Virus record (IMG/VR): IMGVR_UViG_3300044731_002337
Location: 124,001 to 188,000 of that record
Strand: one strand, 5' to 3'
DNA: 64,000 nucleotides
The position numbers and the translations under genes are program-made. Below the pieces are notes generated by a model, which was given only the letters and a program-made list of their open reading frames with translations, did not search any database and was not told the origin of the DNA. Below are positions 21,098 to 30,582 of this stretch, piece by piece. The stretch's first letter is position 1, and every line of letters begins with the position of its first letter.

Positions 21098-21742
21098 TTA
21101 TGAATATGGTTTGATTCTGTACTCCTTATCCATGACCCAATGAGAAACATAAGGTATCATGGCATTAAGGGTTGGATAATTATGAATGATGAGGACATGT
21201 TGGTTCAACGCCTCATGTTGAAGTGTCTCTGCAAGTGTGTATGGATTCATTTCCGGTTTGAGGACATAGAGAGACAAGTCCTTGTAAGAGATATTGAATT
21301 CAAATAGAGAACATTGGACGAGATGAATTTGTCCATCAGGGGGTGAGTTGAGGACCGAGCTAAATGATGGTTTGCTGGGAACAATTTGTCCATGTTCATT
21401 GTATTCATGTGAGGATGAATTCCAAGGTCCAGACACACAAGGTCCATTAAGAAATTCGGGTAAATTCACACTCGCATCATATCGTTTTACAACCAAGTGA
21501 GGAAAGACAAAACTCCATCGTAAAGTTGAATAAATGTATCCAGCATTGATAGGTTTCTCAAATAAGAGTAACACATCAAAGTAAAAAAAGTCCTGATTCG
21601 GTGGATGGACTTGTTTGATCCACCATTCATGAAAAGACTGTTCACGGGACTCTTGTCTTCGGTATTTGAATAACCATGACAATAAAGTTTCAATTGTACT
21701 CTCATCACATCGAGGAACCCGCGCATACCAACAAGAAGACAT
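21098..21742 (-). CDS. Hypothetical protein with faint resemblance to an HUH Rep N-terminus
   Basis: YARVPRCDESTIETLLSWL resembles Rep motif I (FLTYPxC); catalytic HUH and YxxK are not retained. Confidence 0.5.
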   Translation of the reverse strand: MSSCWYARVPRCDESTIETLLSWLFKYRRQESREQSFHEWWIKQVHPPNQDFFYFDVLLLFEKPINAGYIYSTLRWSFVFPHLVVKRYDASVNLPEFLNGPCVSGPWNSSSHEYNEHGQIVPSKPSFSSVLNSPPDGQIHLVQCSLFEFNISYKDLSLYVLKPEMNPYTLAETLQHEALNQHVLIIHNYPTLNAMIPYVSHWVMDKEYRIKPYS

Positions 21743-21822
21743 GAATAAATTTGACTATGTACTGATTCACCATTCTTGGCGGAAAATCCAATAAAAAAAG
21801 ATTCTTCATATGGAAAAAAAAA

Positions 21823-22191
21823 ATGTGGCTTATTATTTTGGTAAGTGTCATTGTGTTATTAGTATTGGATTTGATGTATTTAATGATTATTAAGCATCAT
21901 TTTAATGACCAGGTGAAACGAGTGCAAGGAGAAAATATCCGGTTAAATTATTATGGAGCTGCTATATGTTATATGATTTTATTATTTGGTTTGCATTACT
22001 TTATCTTGTATCCAGAAAAAGGGGCATTTGAAGCCTTACTATTGGGATTGGTGATTTATGGAGTTTATGAATCTACAAATATGGCTATATTCAAGGACTG
22101 GACATGGTATATCTTTATGGTCGATACATTGTGGGGTGGAGTTTTATTGGCGAGCACTACAATTATTGTTCAACGTATAATCCCCCCATAA
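21823..22191 (+). CDS. DUF2177-family membrane protein
   Basis: LLGLVIYGVYESTNMAIFKDW...VDTLWGGVL signature. Confidence 0.85.
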   Translation: MWLIILVSVIVLLVLDLMYLMIIKHHFNDQVKRVQGENIRLNYYGAAICYMILLFGLHYFILYPEKGAFEALLLGLVIYGVYESTNMAIFKDWTWYIFMVDTLWGGVLLASTTIIVQRIIPP

Positions 22192-22708
22192 AAGCGGTAT
22201 GAGGTAAAAGTTTAATGTGTGAATGTTGATCCACATTGTTTTGTTCATAGAGCCAGACATATGGATCACTATGATGCTCTGGGGGGATATGTTGAATAGG
22301 AACATACACATGATAACGGTGGAAAAAGTAGAAATGAGTTGTAGATTTGGCAAATGGAAAAGGTATCACATTAGGGCCCATATTTGAAAAATAGACTTGA
22401 ATGTTTTCCTCTTGAGGTATTGAAAAATGAATGATGGACTTGCCAACAATGCTTACGTAAGATTGATCTTTCATTTGACATAGAAGACTATTAGGTCCTT
22501 TAGAATGCCACTCTTCTTGACATACTCGATCTTTACAATGACAATGTCCATGAAAGATATGTTGCGCTGTGAAATAAAATAAGAATTCACCCTTTTCTTC
22601 TTCTTCAGTCTCTTCATCAAAGTTAATATCATAGACTTTAACTTGCATATGTTCAATCTCCACCCAATAGATCAAATTACCAAAATCAACAATGGGTACA
22701 ATCTGCAT
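22163..22708 (-). CDS. Hypothetical protein of a type seen in large DNA viruses
   Basis: GPNSLL...YVSIVGKSIIHFS...YFSNMGPNVIPFPFA pattern. Confidence 0.6.
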   Translation of the reverse strand: MQIVPIVDFGNLIYWVEIEHMQVKVYDINFDEETEEEEKGEFLFYFTAQHIFHGHCHCKDRVCQEEWHSKGPNSLLCQMKDQSYVSIVGKSIIHFSIPQEENIQVYFSNMGPNVIPFPFAKSTTHFYFFHRYHVYVPIQHIPPEHHSDPYVWLYEQNNVDQHSHIKLLPHTAFMGGLYVEQ

Positions 22709-22779
22709 GGATAATAAATAGAATAGATCACATAAGGAACAAATCGGAATACCTAAATAAATTGTTGTTTATTATTGGT

Positions 22780-25700
22780 TTATGATGAGCAAGTATTGCA
22801 AACAACTGGTGTAGTAAAATTGAATTTGGTGGGCTTATCAATGGTGCGGAAATAGTAGCTGGCTGTTTTGAGGCCAAGATTCCAAGCAAAGCACCAGTAC
22901 TTGACAACTTCGATCGCCATATTCTCTCCACGTTTCATGTAGACATTGAGACTGATACTTTGGTCGACAAAACGAGAGCGATCGGCAGCCATGAGAGTAA
23001 TTTGGGCAAGTGGGATATCTACAATGGATCGGTAACGTTTCTTAATGTAATCCGGAATGGAAGCAATGTCGGTGAGTGATCCATTATTCGCTAGAATTTC
23101 ATCGTGAACAGGAATGGTAGATTTGGCATCAAATTTCCAAAGACCTGCTTCTTTGAGATCTCGTACCAGGTATTTGTTGAAGACATTGTATTCTCCAGTG
23201 TTCATGTATCGTTTGAAGCTACAGGCCAGGGCAGGTTCAAAGCATTCAAAGTTTCCTAAAATGATGGAAGTACCTGCAGTGGGCATATGAGCCATTAACA
23301 GGGAGTTGAGCATTTTGTTGGGTTTGGTCTTGATATCATGACGTAATTGGTCCCAGTTCCATCCGACACTTGTAGTAATATAGTCATGATGGGGTCTCTT
23401 TTCATAAATCTTTTGAGCCTGATTGTATTTGTCCCATAAATCTTGTTGTAAAATACCGGATTCAATGGGTGATCCAGCGATACTAGGATAATTGCCCCGT
23501 TCTTGAGCCAGGTCATGGGAACCTTTTAGGGCGGCATAATACATGGTTTCAGCGATTTGATAATTGAGACGTTGTGCTTCTTTTGAATCAAAGTCGAGTT
23601 TGAGGATCATAAACACATCTGCGAGTCCTTGAATGCCAATGCCAATAGGTCGATGTCTCATGTTGGAACGCCTTGTAGATTCCAGGGGATAAAAATTGAG
23701 GTCAATGACTTGGTTCATATGGTACACTAGATTATATACCACTTCATACAATTCTTGAAAATCGTATTGATCATCATGGATAAATGCCTTGAGGGAAACG
23801 GAGCACAAATTACAAACCGCGGTTTCTTCTGGTGAAGAGTATTCAATGATTTCTGTGCATAGATTAGATGATTTGATGGTACCGAGATTTTTTTGGTTGG
23901 ATTTGTGGTTACAGTGATCTTTGAATAGGATGTAAGGTCCGCCGGATTCGACTTGTGATTTGACAATGGCGAGGACAAACTCTCGAATGGGAACTTGTGC
24001 TTCATAGAGCCCTTGTGATTCATACTGGAGGTAGAGTTGTTCAAAAGCTTCACCATGCACGTCATCTAGCCCTCGACACTTTTGAGGGTTCATGAGGGAC
24101 CATACTTGTGGTTGATTGTGTTGATAATCTAGAATGATACGTTTCATGAACAAGTCGTTAACCCATAGAGCATAGAATAGGTCAGTAGCTGAAATGGTAT
24201 TGGCGGTCAAGGGGGATTTCAATTCTAAGAATTCCAAAACATCTGCATGCCATGGTTCTAGATAGACTGCAATGCTTCCTTTACGTTTACCACCACCATT
24301 ATGAGCGACCATACAGGATGTGACATAGGATGGGTCGGAGGACCTTTCCATTTCCAGGTCGAAGCAGTCATCAATGGTGGGTGGGCTGTGAATTACATTG
24401 TGAATAGGTAGACAGAGGTAGTTTTGGACTTGTATGCATGGTGTGAGGCGGCGACCATCTTGATCCTTGGGTGGCCATATCATACGGTATTCATTAGGAT
24501 AAATCTCCTCAATCAGAGCAAAAGAATATCCAAGTCGGTTAGCACAATATTCCAACGAATGCTTCTTTTGGGGGGAAACATTCTTTAACGTGGGACCTTG
24601 AAGTTCAAGACCTTCCATGAAATCGGCGACTTGGTCTAAGGGGGCGAATAGAATGGAGGCAGGAATGTCTTGTCGATTACATTGAAGTAGACCCATTAAT
24701 TGACCTTCAGGGATAATGATTTCCGTAGTGGAAAGACAGCGAACAGATACAATGGAAGATAACCAGGTTCGATCAATGTCTGGGCTTAGGAGGTGAAAGG
24801 TGATGAGTCCTTCTTGACATTGCCAGTTCATATCTGCGGTGATGAGGCCCAAGAGTTTTAAGAGATTTGAGTCGACATCAGGGATTCGTTTTTGGAGTTC
24901 AATGGTGTTGCAAATAGCGAGCCAGTGTTTGCGGGGATCGATTTCGTGGATGGTGGTGTAAAAGGGGAGAGCTCTTGATCCAAAGGTGTTGTCAATGACG
25001 AGAATAGGGTGAGAATCGGTGATGCCATGTGATACACGGTGATTAGGGAAAACTAAATGGTGGAATTGGAGTGATTTCTTGGTGGAAATAATTTTCTGAA
25101 TATGGTGAAAGTCTCCAAAACGGTTCATGACAAGATCATTGACTTGTAAGGATTGAATTTTGCGCCAACCAGTGGAAGTCATGACCCGGGTATCACCTTG
25201 AAAGCATTGGTCGACATAGCATGCTACAGAGTTATACACTTTGAGCATGGGTCCTACACCTCCAGTGACTCCATTAGTACCCTTGATATACGAATTCTTG
25301 CTACGGGTATTGTGGATGTTGATGCCAATGCCACCCGAGTGTTTGGAGATGATGCTACATTGCTTCCATCGATCAGCAATACCTTCAATGGAATCATCCC
25401 CAGCATATAAGAGAAAACATGAACTCATTTGGGGATGCATGGTTCCCGCGTTAAAGAGAGTAGGTGTAGCCATGATACATTTGCCCAGAGATAAATAATG
25501 ATACAACTGTATAGCTCTCTTGGTATTCATAGGGTTCAGGGCAATCGCTATTCTCATCCACATAAATTGTGGTTCCTCCAAAGGTACTGACACCATGATA
25601 TGCTGCCCATTATGTTCTACTCGCTTGTAAGTGTTGAGAAGGTATTTGCCATTAATAAGTTGGGTAATCGCCGCACAGTCAAATATAATGTTTCGATCAT

Positions 25701-26124
25701 GGTCAATTGTGGCTTCAATGAGGTCCATGTCAGGAATGTGTTCAAATGATTCGTGTAAGAGTGGTGACAACTCTCCCGTGCGTGGATTCACATTAGCGCG
25801 TGCTAGTCGAACATATTCTTTAAACGAATTTGGGGTGGATTTCTGGAGATTGGAGACTATAATTTGGCCGGCAAAGAGGTTATTGTCTGCAAAATAAGTA
25901 TCATGGGCGGCAACATTCGCAGATATAGTATCGAGTTCAGAGGTGGAAATGCCATCTGTAATTTGGTCAACTGTAGCACGGCATATTTTGAAAATTGACA
26001 CATCAATGGGACGTTTTAAGATACGGGTCATATGATCACGTATCGAGTTAAGACGTGCAGTAATTCGTTGAGGATCAATGGGTTCTTTTGTTCCATCACG
26101 GGTAGTAACACATCGAGGTTCCAT
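22780..26124 (-). CDS. nrdA: Ribonucleotide reductase large (alpha/R1) subunit, class Ia, containing an intein
   Basis: N-terminal ATP cone, ATPTLFNAG, MSSCFLL, GGIG, KGTNG, YVDQ/GGGKRKG, LEPWH, SNLCTEI, RPIGIGIQG, MPTAGTS, DQSIS, C-terminal CxxC. Confidence 0.97.
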   Translation of the reverse strand: MEPRCVTTRDGTKEPIDPQRITARLNSIRDHMTRILKRPIDVSIFKICRATVDQITDGISTSELDTISANVAAHDTYFADNNLFAGQIIVSNLQKSTPNSFKEYVRLARANVNPRTGELSPLLHESFEHIPDMDLIEATIDHDRNIIFDCAAITQLINGKYLLNTYKRVEHNGQHIMVSVPLEEPQFMWMRIAIALNPMNTKRAIQLYHYLSLGKCIMATPTLFNAGTMHPQMSSCFLLYAGDDSIEGIADRWKQCSIISKHSGGIGINIHNTRSKNSYIKGTNGVTGGVGPMLKVYNSVACYVDQCFQGDTRVMTSTGWRKIQSLQVNDLVMNRFGDFHHIQKIISTKKSLQFHHLVFPNHRVSHGITDSHPILVIDNTFGSRALPFYTTIHEIDPRKHWLAICNTIELQKRIPDVDSNLLKLLGLITADMNWQCQEGLITFHLLSPDIDRTWLSSIVSVRCLSTTEIIIPEGQLMGLLQCNRQDIPASILFAPLDQVADFMEGLELQGPTLKNVSPQKKHSLEYCANRLGYSFALIEEIYPNEYRMIWPPKDQDGRRLTPCIQVQNYLCLPIHNVIHSPPTIDDCFDLEMERSSDPSYVTSCMVAHNGGGKRKGSIAVYLEPWHADVLEFLELKSPLTANTISATDLFYALWVNDLFMKRIILDYQHNQPQVWSLMNPQKCRGLDDVHGEAFEQLYLQYESQGLYEAQVPIREFVLAIVKSQVESGGPYILFKDHCNHKSNQKNLGTIKSSNLCTEIIEYSSPEETAVCNLCSVSLKAFIHDDQYDFQELYEVVYNLVYHMNQVIDLNFYPLESTRRSNMRHRPIGIGIQGLADVFMILKLDFDSKEAQRLNYQIAETMYYAALKGSHDLAQERGNYPSIAGSPIESGILQQDLWDKYNQAQKIYEKRPHHDYITTSVGWNWDQLRHDIKTKPNKMLNSLLMAHMPTAGTSIILGNFECFEPALACSFKRYMNTGEYNVFNKYLVRDLKEAGLWKFDAKSTIPVHDEILANNGSLTDIASIPDYIKKRYRSIVDIPLAQITLMAADRSRFVDQSISLNVYMKRGENMAIEVVKYWCFAWNLGLKTASYYFRTIDKPTKFNFTTPVVCNTCSS
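24298..25206 (-). mobile_element. Intein (303 aa) with degenerate LAGLIDADG domain; C-extein +1 residue is Gly
   Basis: Starts CFQGDTRVMT, ends CFDLEM...CMVAHN; removal gives seamless YVDQ-GGGKRKGS; blocks LLGLITADM and FMEGLELQG are eroded LAGLIDADG motifs. Confidence 0.92.
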
Positions 26125-26141
26125 AATTTCTCTTTTTATTA

Positions 26142-27770
26142 TTACGGGTTATTTGGTCTCGGAACTTTAGAACCACGTTTTATAGAATTATTTCCGCGCA
26201 CCTTGGCTCGAAGTACTTCCAAACGTTTAATTCTTTCTTTCGTATCCTCTTCACTTTCCTTGGCGAGTTTCTCACTTTCCACGAATTGTTGTTGAACCTC
26301 TTTGAATGTACTGGCAACACCTTGGTTTTGAGTGACAATATCATGAATCAAAGGGAAAAGTTTGGTGTTATTGACTTTCACAATCTCATCCGAAAGTTCA
26401 AAGACGTTGGACATGAGAATGCATGTAATAAAACGTTCATACATGGGCTGCGTAATATTCCATGAGGATTCCCACGCTTTTTGAGATTCATCAAACATAT
26501 GTTTAAAAAAACCAAGAAATTCCTTCTTTTCTTTATCGTTGGGGATATCATTAAACATACGGTTGATAAATGTAACACCATACGTTTTTCGATCATAGTA
26601 GTCCATGGCATCAATATAGGTCATTTCTTGTTGAATCACTCGATGAAGGACTAATTTATGGAAACCATTGCTAGAACAGAGTGATTTGAAATCAATAGCA
26701 TTTTCGTGATAGTCTACGATTCCAGGAAACTTTTTTGGAATGTTATTGGCCAAGTATTGTAGAGAGAGATAGATGAGAGTCTTGATAATGATGGTGAATG
26801 ATTCTACGGGATTGTCTTTTTGGTAATCTTTCAAGTTGGAAGCATTCATGAGATTAATGAAATGTTCCTTGTGAAAAATATAGAGTTCCATGAATAGGAT
26901 AGTCATAAAACGTACAAATTGAACGATGGTAGCGATTAAGATGAGACGTTTATAATAGTGGGTCCCAGGGACTTTATCACTATACCATGTAATATATGTC
27001 TTTTCATTGGCTTCTTTTTCCAACTCAGGCTTACGTGCAAATGTCTGAAAATCGTGAGCGAGGTAAGTGGAAATGTCATCGGGTAGATAACGGTGTAGAA
27101 AATAAATGTGCATGTATTGAGGTACTGTTCTTCGGTCTTCAATCGAGTCAAAATATGCGTGATCGCGTCGAAATTGTTGACGAACACTTGGCATTTTGAT
27201 GGTAACATAATGGGTGCGAAGAATATCATGATGTTCTTGGAGGAAACGGTGAAATGGTCGACAACAAACAGTGAGGCCCATGTAAAAAGGCATGGATCGA
27301 GGATTGGTACATGAATCTAAAAGTCCTGCTTGTTCTTCACATGCAAATACTCTTTTATACTTTTCAGAAGAAAAAGTCACAGGTAATTTATCGATTTGAT
27401 TGGGGTTTAAAAGTGAGACTTGACGTTTTTCAATGGTTTTACTTTGTAACTGACTAAGACCAGCTGAGATGCTAACATTAAATTTCATAAGATCTTCCTT
27501 CTCGATATCAGACATGATCATTAGTGTTACAAGTGCATCTCCATAATCCTGTTTCATCAATGCATCGTTATATTTGAGTTCAATCAATTGTTGAATTCGA
27601 GTATATTGTTCTTTGGTTTTGGTAAGATCTTGTTTGACTATATTGTTTTGGTCTTGCATGGTATTCTTATCATTGGTGATTAAGCTTACCAGCTGATTGA
27701 CTGCATTTACACTTTCAGCTGAGAAACCAGTATATTGATTGGGTATTGGAGCTGGTTGTAATTGGGACAT
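26142..27770 (-). CDS. Hypothetical protein
   Basis: 542 aa ORF with coiled-coil termini. Confidence 0.7.
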   Translation of the reverse strand: MSQLQPAPIPNQYTGFSAESVNAVNQLVSLITNDKNTMQDQNNIVKQDLTKTKEQYTRIQQLIELKYNDALMKQDYGDALVTLMIMSDIEKEDLMKFNVSISAGLSQLQSKTIEKRQVSLLNPNQIDKLPVTFSSEKYKRVFACEEQAGLLDSCTNPRSMPFYMGLTVCCRPFHRFLQEHHDILRTHYVTIKMPSVRQQFRRDHAYFDSIEDRRTVPQYMHIYFLHRYLPDDISTYLAHDFQTFARKPELEKEANEKTYITWYSDKVPGTHYYKRLILIATIVQFVRFMTILFMELYIFHKEHFINLMNASNLKDYQKDNPVESFTIIIKTLIYLSLQYLANNIPKKFPGIVDYHENAIDFKSLCSSNGFHKLVLHRVIQQEMTYIDAMDYYDRKTYGVTFINRMFNDIPNDKEKKEFLGFFKHMFDESQKAWESSWNITQPMYERFITCILMSNVFELSDEIVKVNNTKLFPLIHDIVTQNQGVASTFKEVQQQFVESEKLAKESEEDTKERIKRLEVLRAKVRGNNSIKRGSKVPRPNNP

Positions 27771-27838
27771 GTATTTCTTTTTTTTGAGGTGATAATTTTA
27801 ATAAATTTACAGACATGGGAGGAAAATGATGTTTGGTT

Positions 27839-28441
27839 TTATGTGGTCATGGCTTTCATGGCTTGTCGTAGTTTCATGTAGCAGTGGCCTTGATAGATGG
27901 CGTCTGATAGTGCGTGGTGAATTTCTTCGTGAAGTCGTTTACCCCCTAATCGTTGCATAATGGTGGAGACATTAGTTCGATGCATTCTAGCGTATCCTCG
28001 AGCTAAGGAGATGAGACATTGACATGAAAAGCCTAGTTCAGTCTTATTGGGTGGGCCATACGCTTGAAAGTAGCATTTGAAAAACATCCAGTCGAAGCAA
28101 GCAGGGGAAGCAACCCATGTAATATGATGGAAAGGTGTGAAGAGCTTAAGCCAAGAGTCAATGGCGTTCATGGCTATATGGGGATCAAGTTGATTGATGC
28201 ATACTTCAGTGTAGAGTTTGGGATGTTTTAACCAGAAGTTGGACATACATTTAGGGTCTGCTACTTTGCCTTGTTGTGGTTTTACATTTTGGTAAAAAGT
28301 AGATACAATATGTCCATGTGAGTTGAAAAGTGCGATACCAATGGATAACATGTTGTGTTGTAATGGATTATCCCCATCCGCCTCAATGTCTAACGAGGCA
28401 TACAGTGGTGTCTTGTACATATTTTTATTTGCATTAAACAA
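27839..28441 (-). CDS. DEDDh 3'-5' exoribonuclease (RNase AS/Rv2179c-like)
   Basis: SLDIEADG, MLSIGIA, PACFDWMF, HHALSDAIYQ. Confidence 0.85.
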   Translation of the reverse strand: MFNANKNMYKTPLYASLDIEADGDNPLQHNMLSIGIALFNSHGHIVSTFYQNVKPQQGKVADPKCMSNFWLKHPKLYTEVCINQLDPHIAMNAIDSWLKLFTPFHHITWVASPACFDWMFFKCYFQAYGPPNKTELGFSCQCLISLARGYARMHRTNVSTIMQRLGGKRLHEEIHHALSDAIYQGHCYMKLRQAMKAMTT

Positions 28442-28461
28442 TAAATAAAAAAAGAAAAGAA

Positions 28462-29145
28462 ATGATGAATGTAACCGAAAGAGTGTTAGTAGCGATACTA
28501 GTTCCCGCGATAGCAGGACTATTATTATTACTCGGAATATATTTATATCGTCGTCGAGCCATTATCGCGGAAAGTAAAAATCAAAAGGAGGGTGAACAAC
28601 CATCTAACACAACACAAGTGGGTTTTATGACGGAAGCGAATCAACAGGGTATGGGTCCATGGCAGGATAAGTATTCCATAGAAAAACTAAAAGAGAAGAG
28701 AGATGAAGTGATTAAACTAATACAAGCTTATCAAACGACATTGGGTGAAATTCAAGGAAGTGTACATACTATTACAGCTGAAAATAGGCGAAGAACAGGT
28801 TGGGAAATGACTTTGAATAAGACATCAGCTGGATTGGGTGTAGGGGTTACAAAATCGATAGCCTTTGCATCGAATGCATTTGAAGAACGTAACAAAAAAG
28901 CTCAGAAATGGTTGAAGAAAGTGGATGAAACAGGATGGGACAGCGATTTATTTAGGAAAAGAAAAGATGCATGGGAGACATTACATAAACTAGGGAAGGA
29001 AATTGAGGGGGCTGATAAGGGTTTATTCGCCGAAAAATTAGCCCTAGCTGGATTTGCTGCAGCTGAAAAAGAAAATGCTGATAAATTAGGTCAGGAAATG
29101 AAAGTGTGGTTAGAGTCTCAAGGTAAAAAGCCAACCAATGAATAA
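28462..29145 (+). CDS. Membrane-anchored hypothetical protein
   Basis: N-terminal TM VLVAILVPAIAGLLLLLGIYLY followed by RRR. Confidence 0.65.
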   Translation: MMNVTERVLVAILVPAIAGLLLLLGIYLYRRRAIIAESKNQKEGEQPSNTTQVGFMTEANQQGMGPWQDKYSIEKLKEKRDEVIKLIQAYQTTLGEIQGSVHTITAENRRRTGWEMTLNKTSAGLGVGVTKSIAFASNAFEERNKKAQKWLKKVDETGWDSDLFRKRKDAWETLHKLGKEIEGADKGLFAEKLALAGFAAAEKENADKLGQEMKVWLESQGKKPTNE

Positions 29146-29172
29146 ATAAAAAGAAAAAAAGGGAAAAAAGAA

Positions 29173-29415
29173 ATGTCATGGTTAGAAAGTGCCAAGACTC
29201 AATGTTATGATTTTGTATTTGCAAGACCTATGAAACAAATTAGTGAAAAGACTGGATATCTGAAATGGATGATGATCTTTTGTATTTTAACTTCAGTCAC
29301 TTCATTATTTGTGTGTTGTTATATGTATCACAATGTTAAAGGGATGAAGCAACATATAGTATACCATCGAAACCCTGCTTATACATCAATGAAAAATTAT
29401 CAGCAGCCTACATAG
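29173..29415 (+). CDS. Small single-TM protein
   Basis: 80 aa with a central hydrophobic segment; A-rich start context. Confidence 0.55.
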   Translation: MSWLESAKTQCYDFVFARPMKQISEKTGYLKWMMIFCILTSVTSLFVCCYMYHNVKGMKQHIVYHRNPAYTSMKNYQQPT

Positions 29416-29436
29416 AAAAAACAAGAGTATAAAAAA

Positions 29437-30582
29437 ATGTCGGATTATTGTTCGACGCCACAGCCAAGCCATGAAGAGGTCGTGGCTAAGAATACACCGG
29501 ATTATTTTCGCACATTAGAGCAACATCGTACGAATGATACGATCTATGTAGCAGTGAAATATGTATTTATTCAGCAGCATCCAACTGAGCAATTACCATT
29601 ATATCTAGTGCAAGCGAATCATGATCAATTGAATCAGAGTTTTTTGGGTAAGAATGTGCAGGAGATAGATACTTTACCGAATACGAGTAAACAGCCATGG
29701 AAGGATCTAGTAGCAGTAGCGAATATTCAATTTTTACCGTTGAAGAGTAGTGAAGTGACATTGGAGGTATTGACTACGAATAAGGTATTGGATAATCAGA
29801 ATCCATTGAATGATTGTGTGGAGATAGCGTGTAGTCATGATAATATAATTAATGTGTATTTTGCCAAGTTGAGTGGGCAGACGAGTACGTTGGGAATAGC
29901 GAGGTTAGCGTCCAATATTATATTTTGTGATATGCGAACTGTGGGGAGTATAGCTGTCCCAGGAATGATGACTGGATATAGTCTGGGTAAAGTATTGGTA
30001 CATGAAATGGGGCATGCATTAGGGTTGTATCATACATTTTCGGATGCGACTAATCGTTGTGATAATCATAAACGGTATCCGGACATTCCAGAGCAATTGA
30101 GTCCAAATTTTGTAGCATCGGTGGAATACCGTGGTGGTCAATGGGTTCAAGTGAATGATAACCGTGATCGTGAACTCGCCGGTGAATCAGATATTCGCTC
30201 ATGTGCAAAAGTTGTTGGACAAATTGATGGCCAGTTAAGTGAACAAGCAGTCAATTATATGGATTATGCACGCGATCCAGATTCACGAATGTTTACTCAA
30301 AGTCAAGTTGATGTTATGCGAGCCCATTTAGTGAAGCATTCCAATTATACTCGAGAATCTGGTGTGACCACTACGAATACCACTGCAGCACAATCCGCCA
30401 TTCCCGAAGATTGTCATGATGATACCAGTGACTCGAGTGGACTATCAACTGCTGCCATTGTTGGCATTGTCATTGCTGCGGCGACTCTATTAGTTATCAT
30501 CATTGGATTCTTGATATGGAGAAATTATTATCAAGCTCCGATTCGAGAAGAGTTGAGAAATGTAAAACAACAAGAAAGATGA
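29437..30582 (+). CDS. Pappalysin/M43-family zinc metalloprotease, type-I membrane protein
   Basis: HEMGHALGLYHTF, Met-turn NYMDY, MFTQSQVDVMR, C-terminal TM. Confidence 0.9.
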   Translation: MSDYCSTPQPSHEEVVAKNTPDYFRTLEQHRTNDTIYVAVKYVFIQQHPTEQLPLYLVQANHDQLNQSFLGKNVQEIDTLPNTSKQPWKDLVAVANIQFLPLKSSEVTLEVLTTNKVLDNQNPLNDCVEIACSHDNIINVYFAKLSGQTSTLGIARLASNIIFCDMRTVGSIAVPGMMTGYSLGKVLVHEMGHALGLYHTFSDATNRCDNHKRYPDIPEQLSPNFVASVEYRGGQWVQVNDNRDRELAGESDIRSCAKVVGQIDGQLSEQAVNYMDYARDPDSRMFTQSQVDVMRAHLVKHSNYTRESGVTTTNTTAAQSAIPEDCHDDTSDSSGLSTAAIVGIVIAAATLLVIIIGFLIWRNYYQAPIREELRNVKQQER

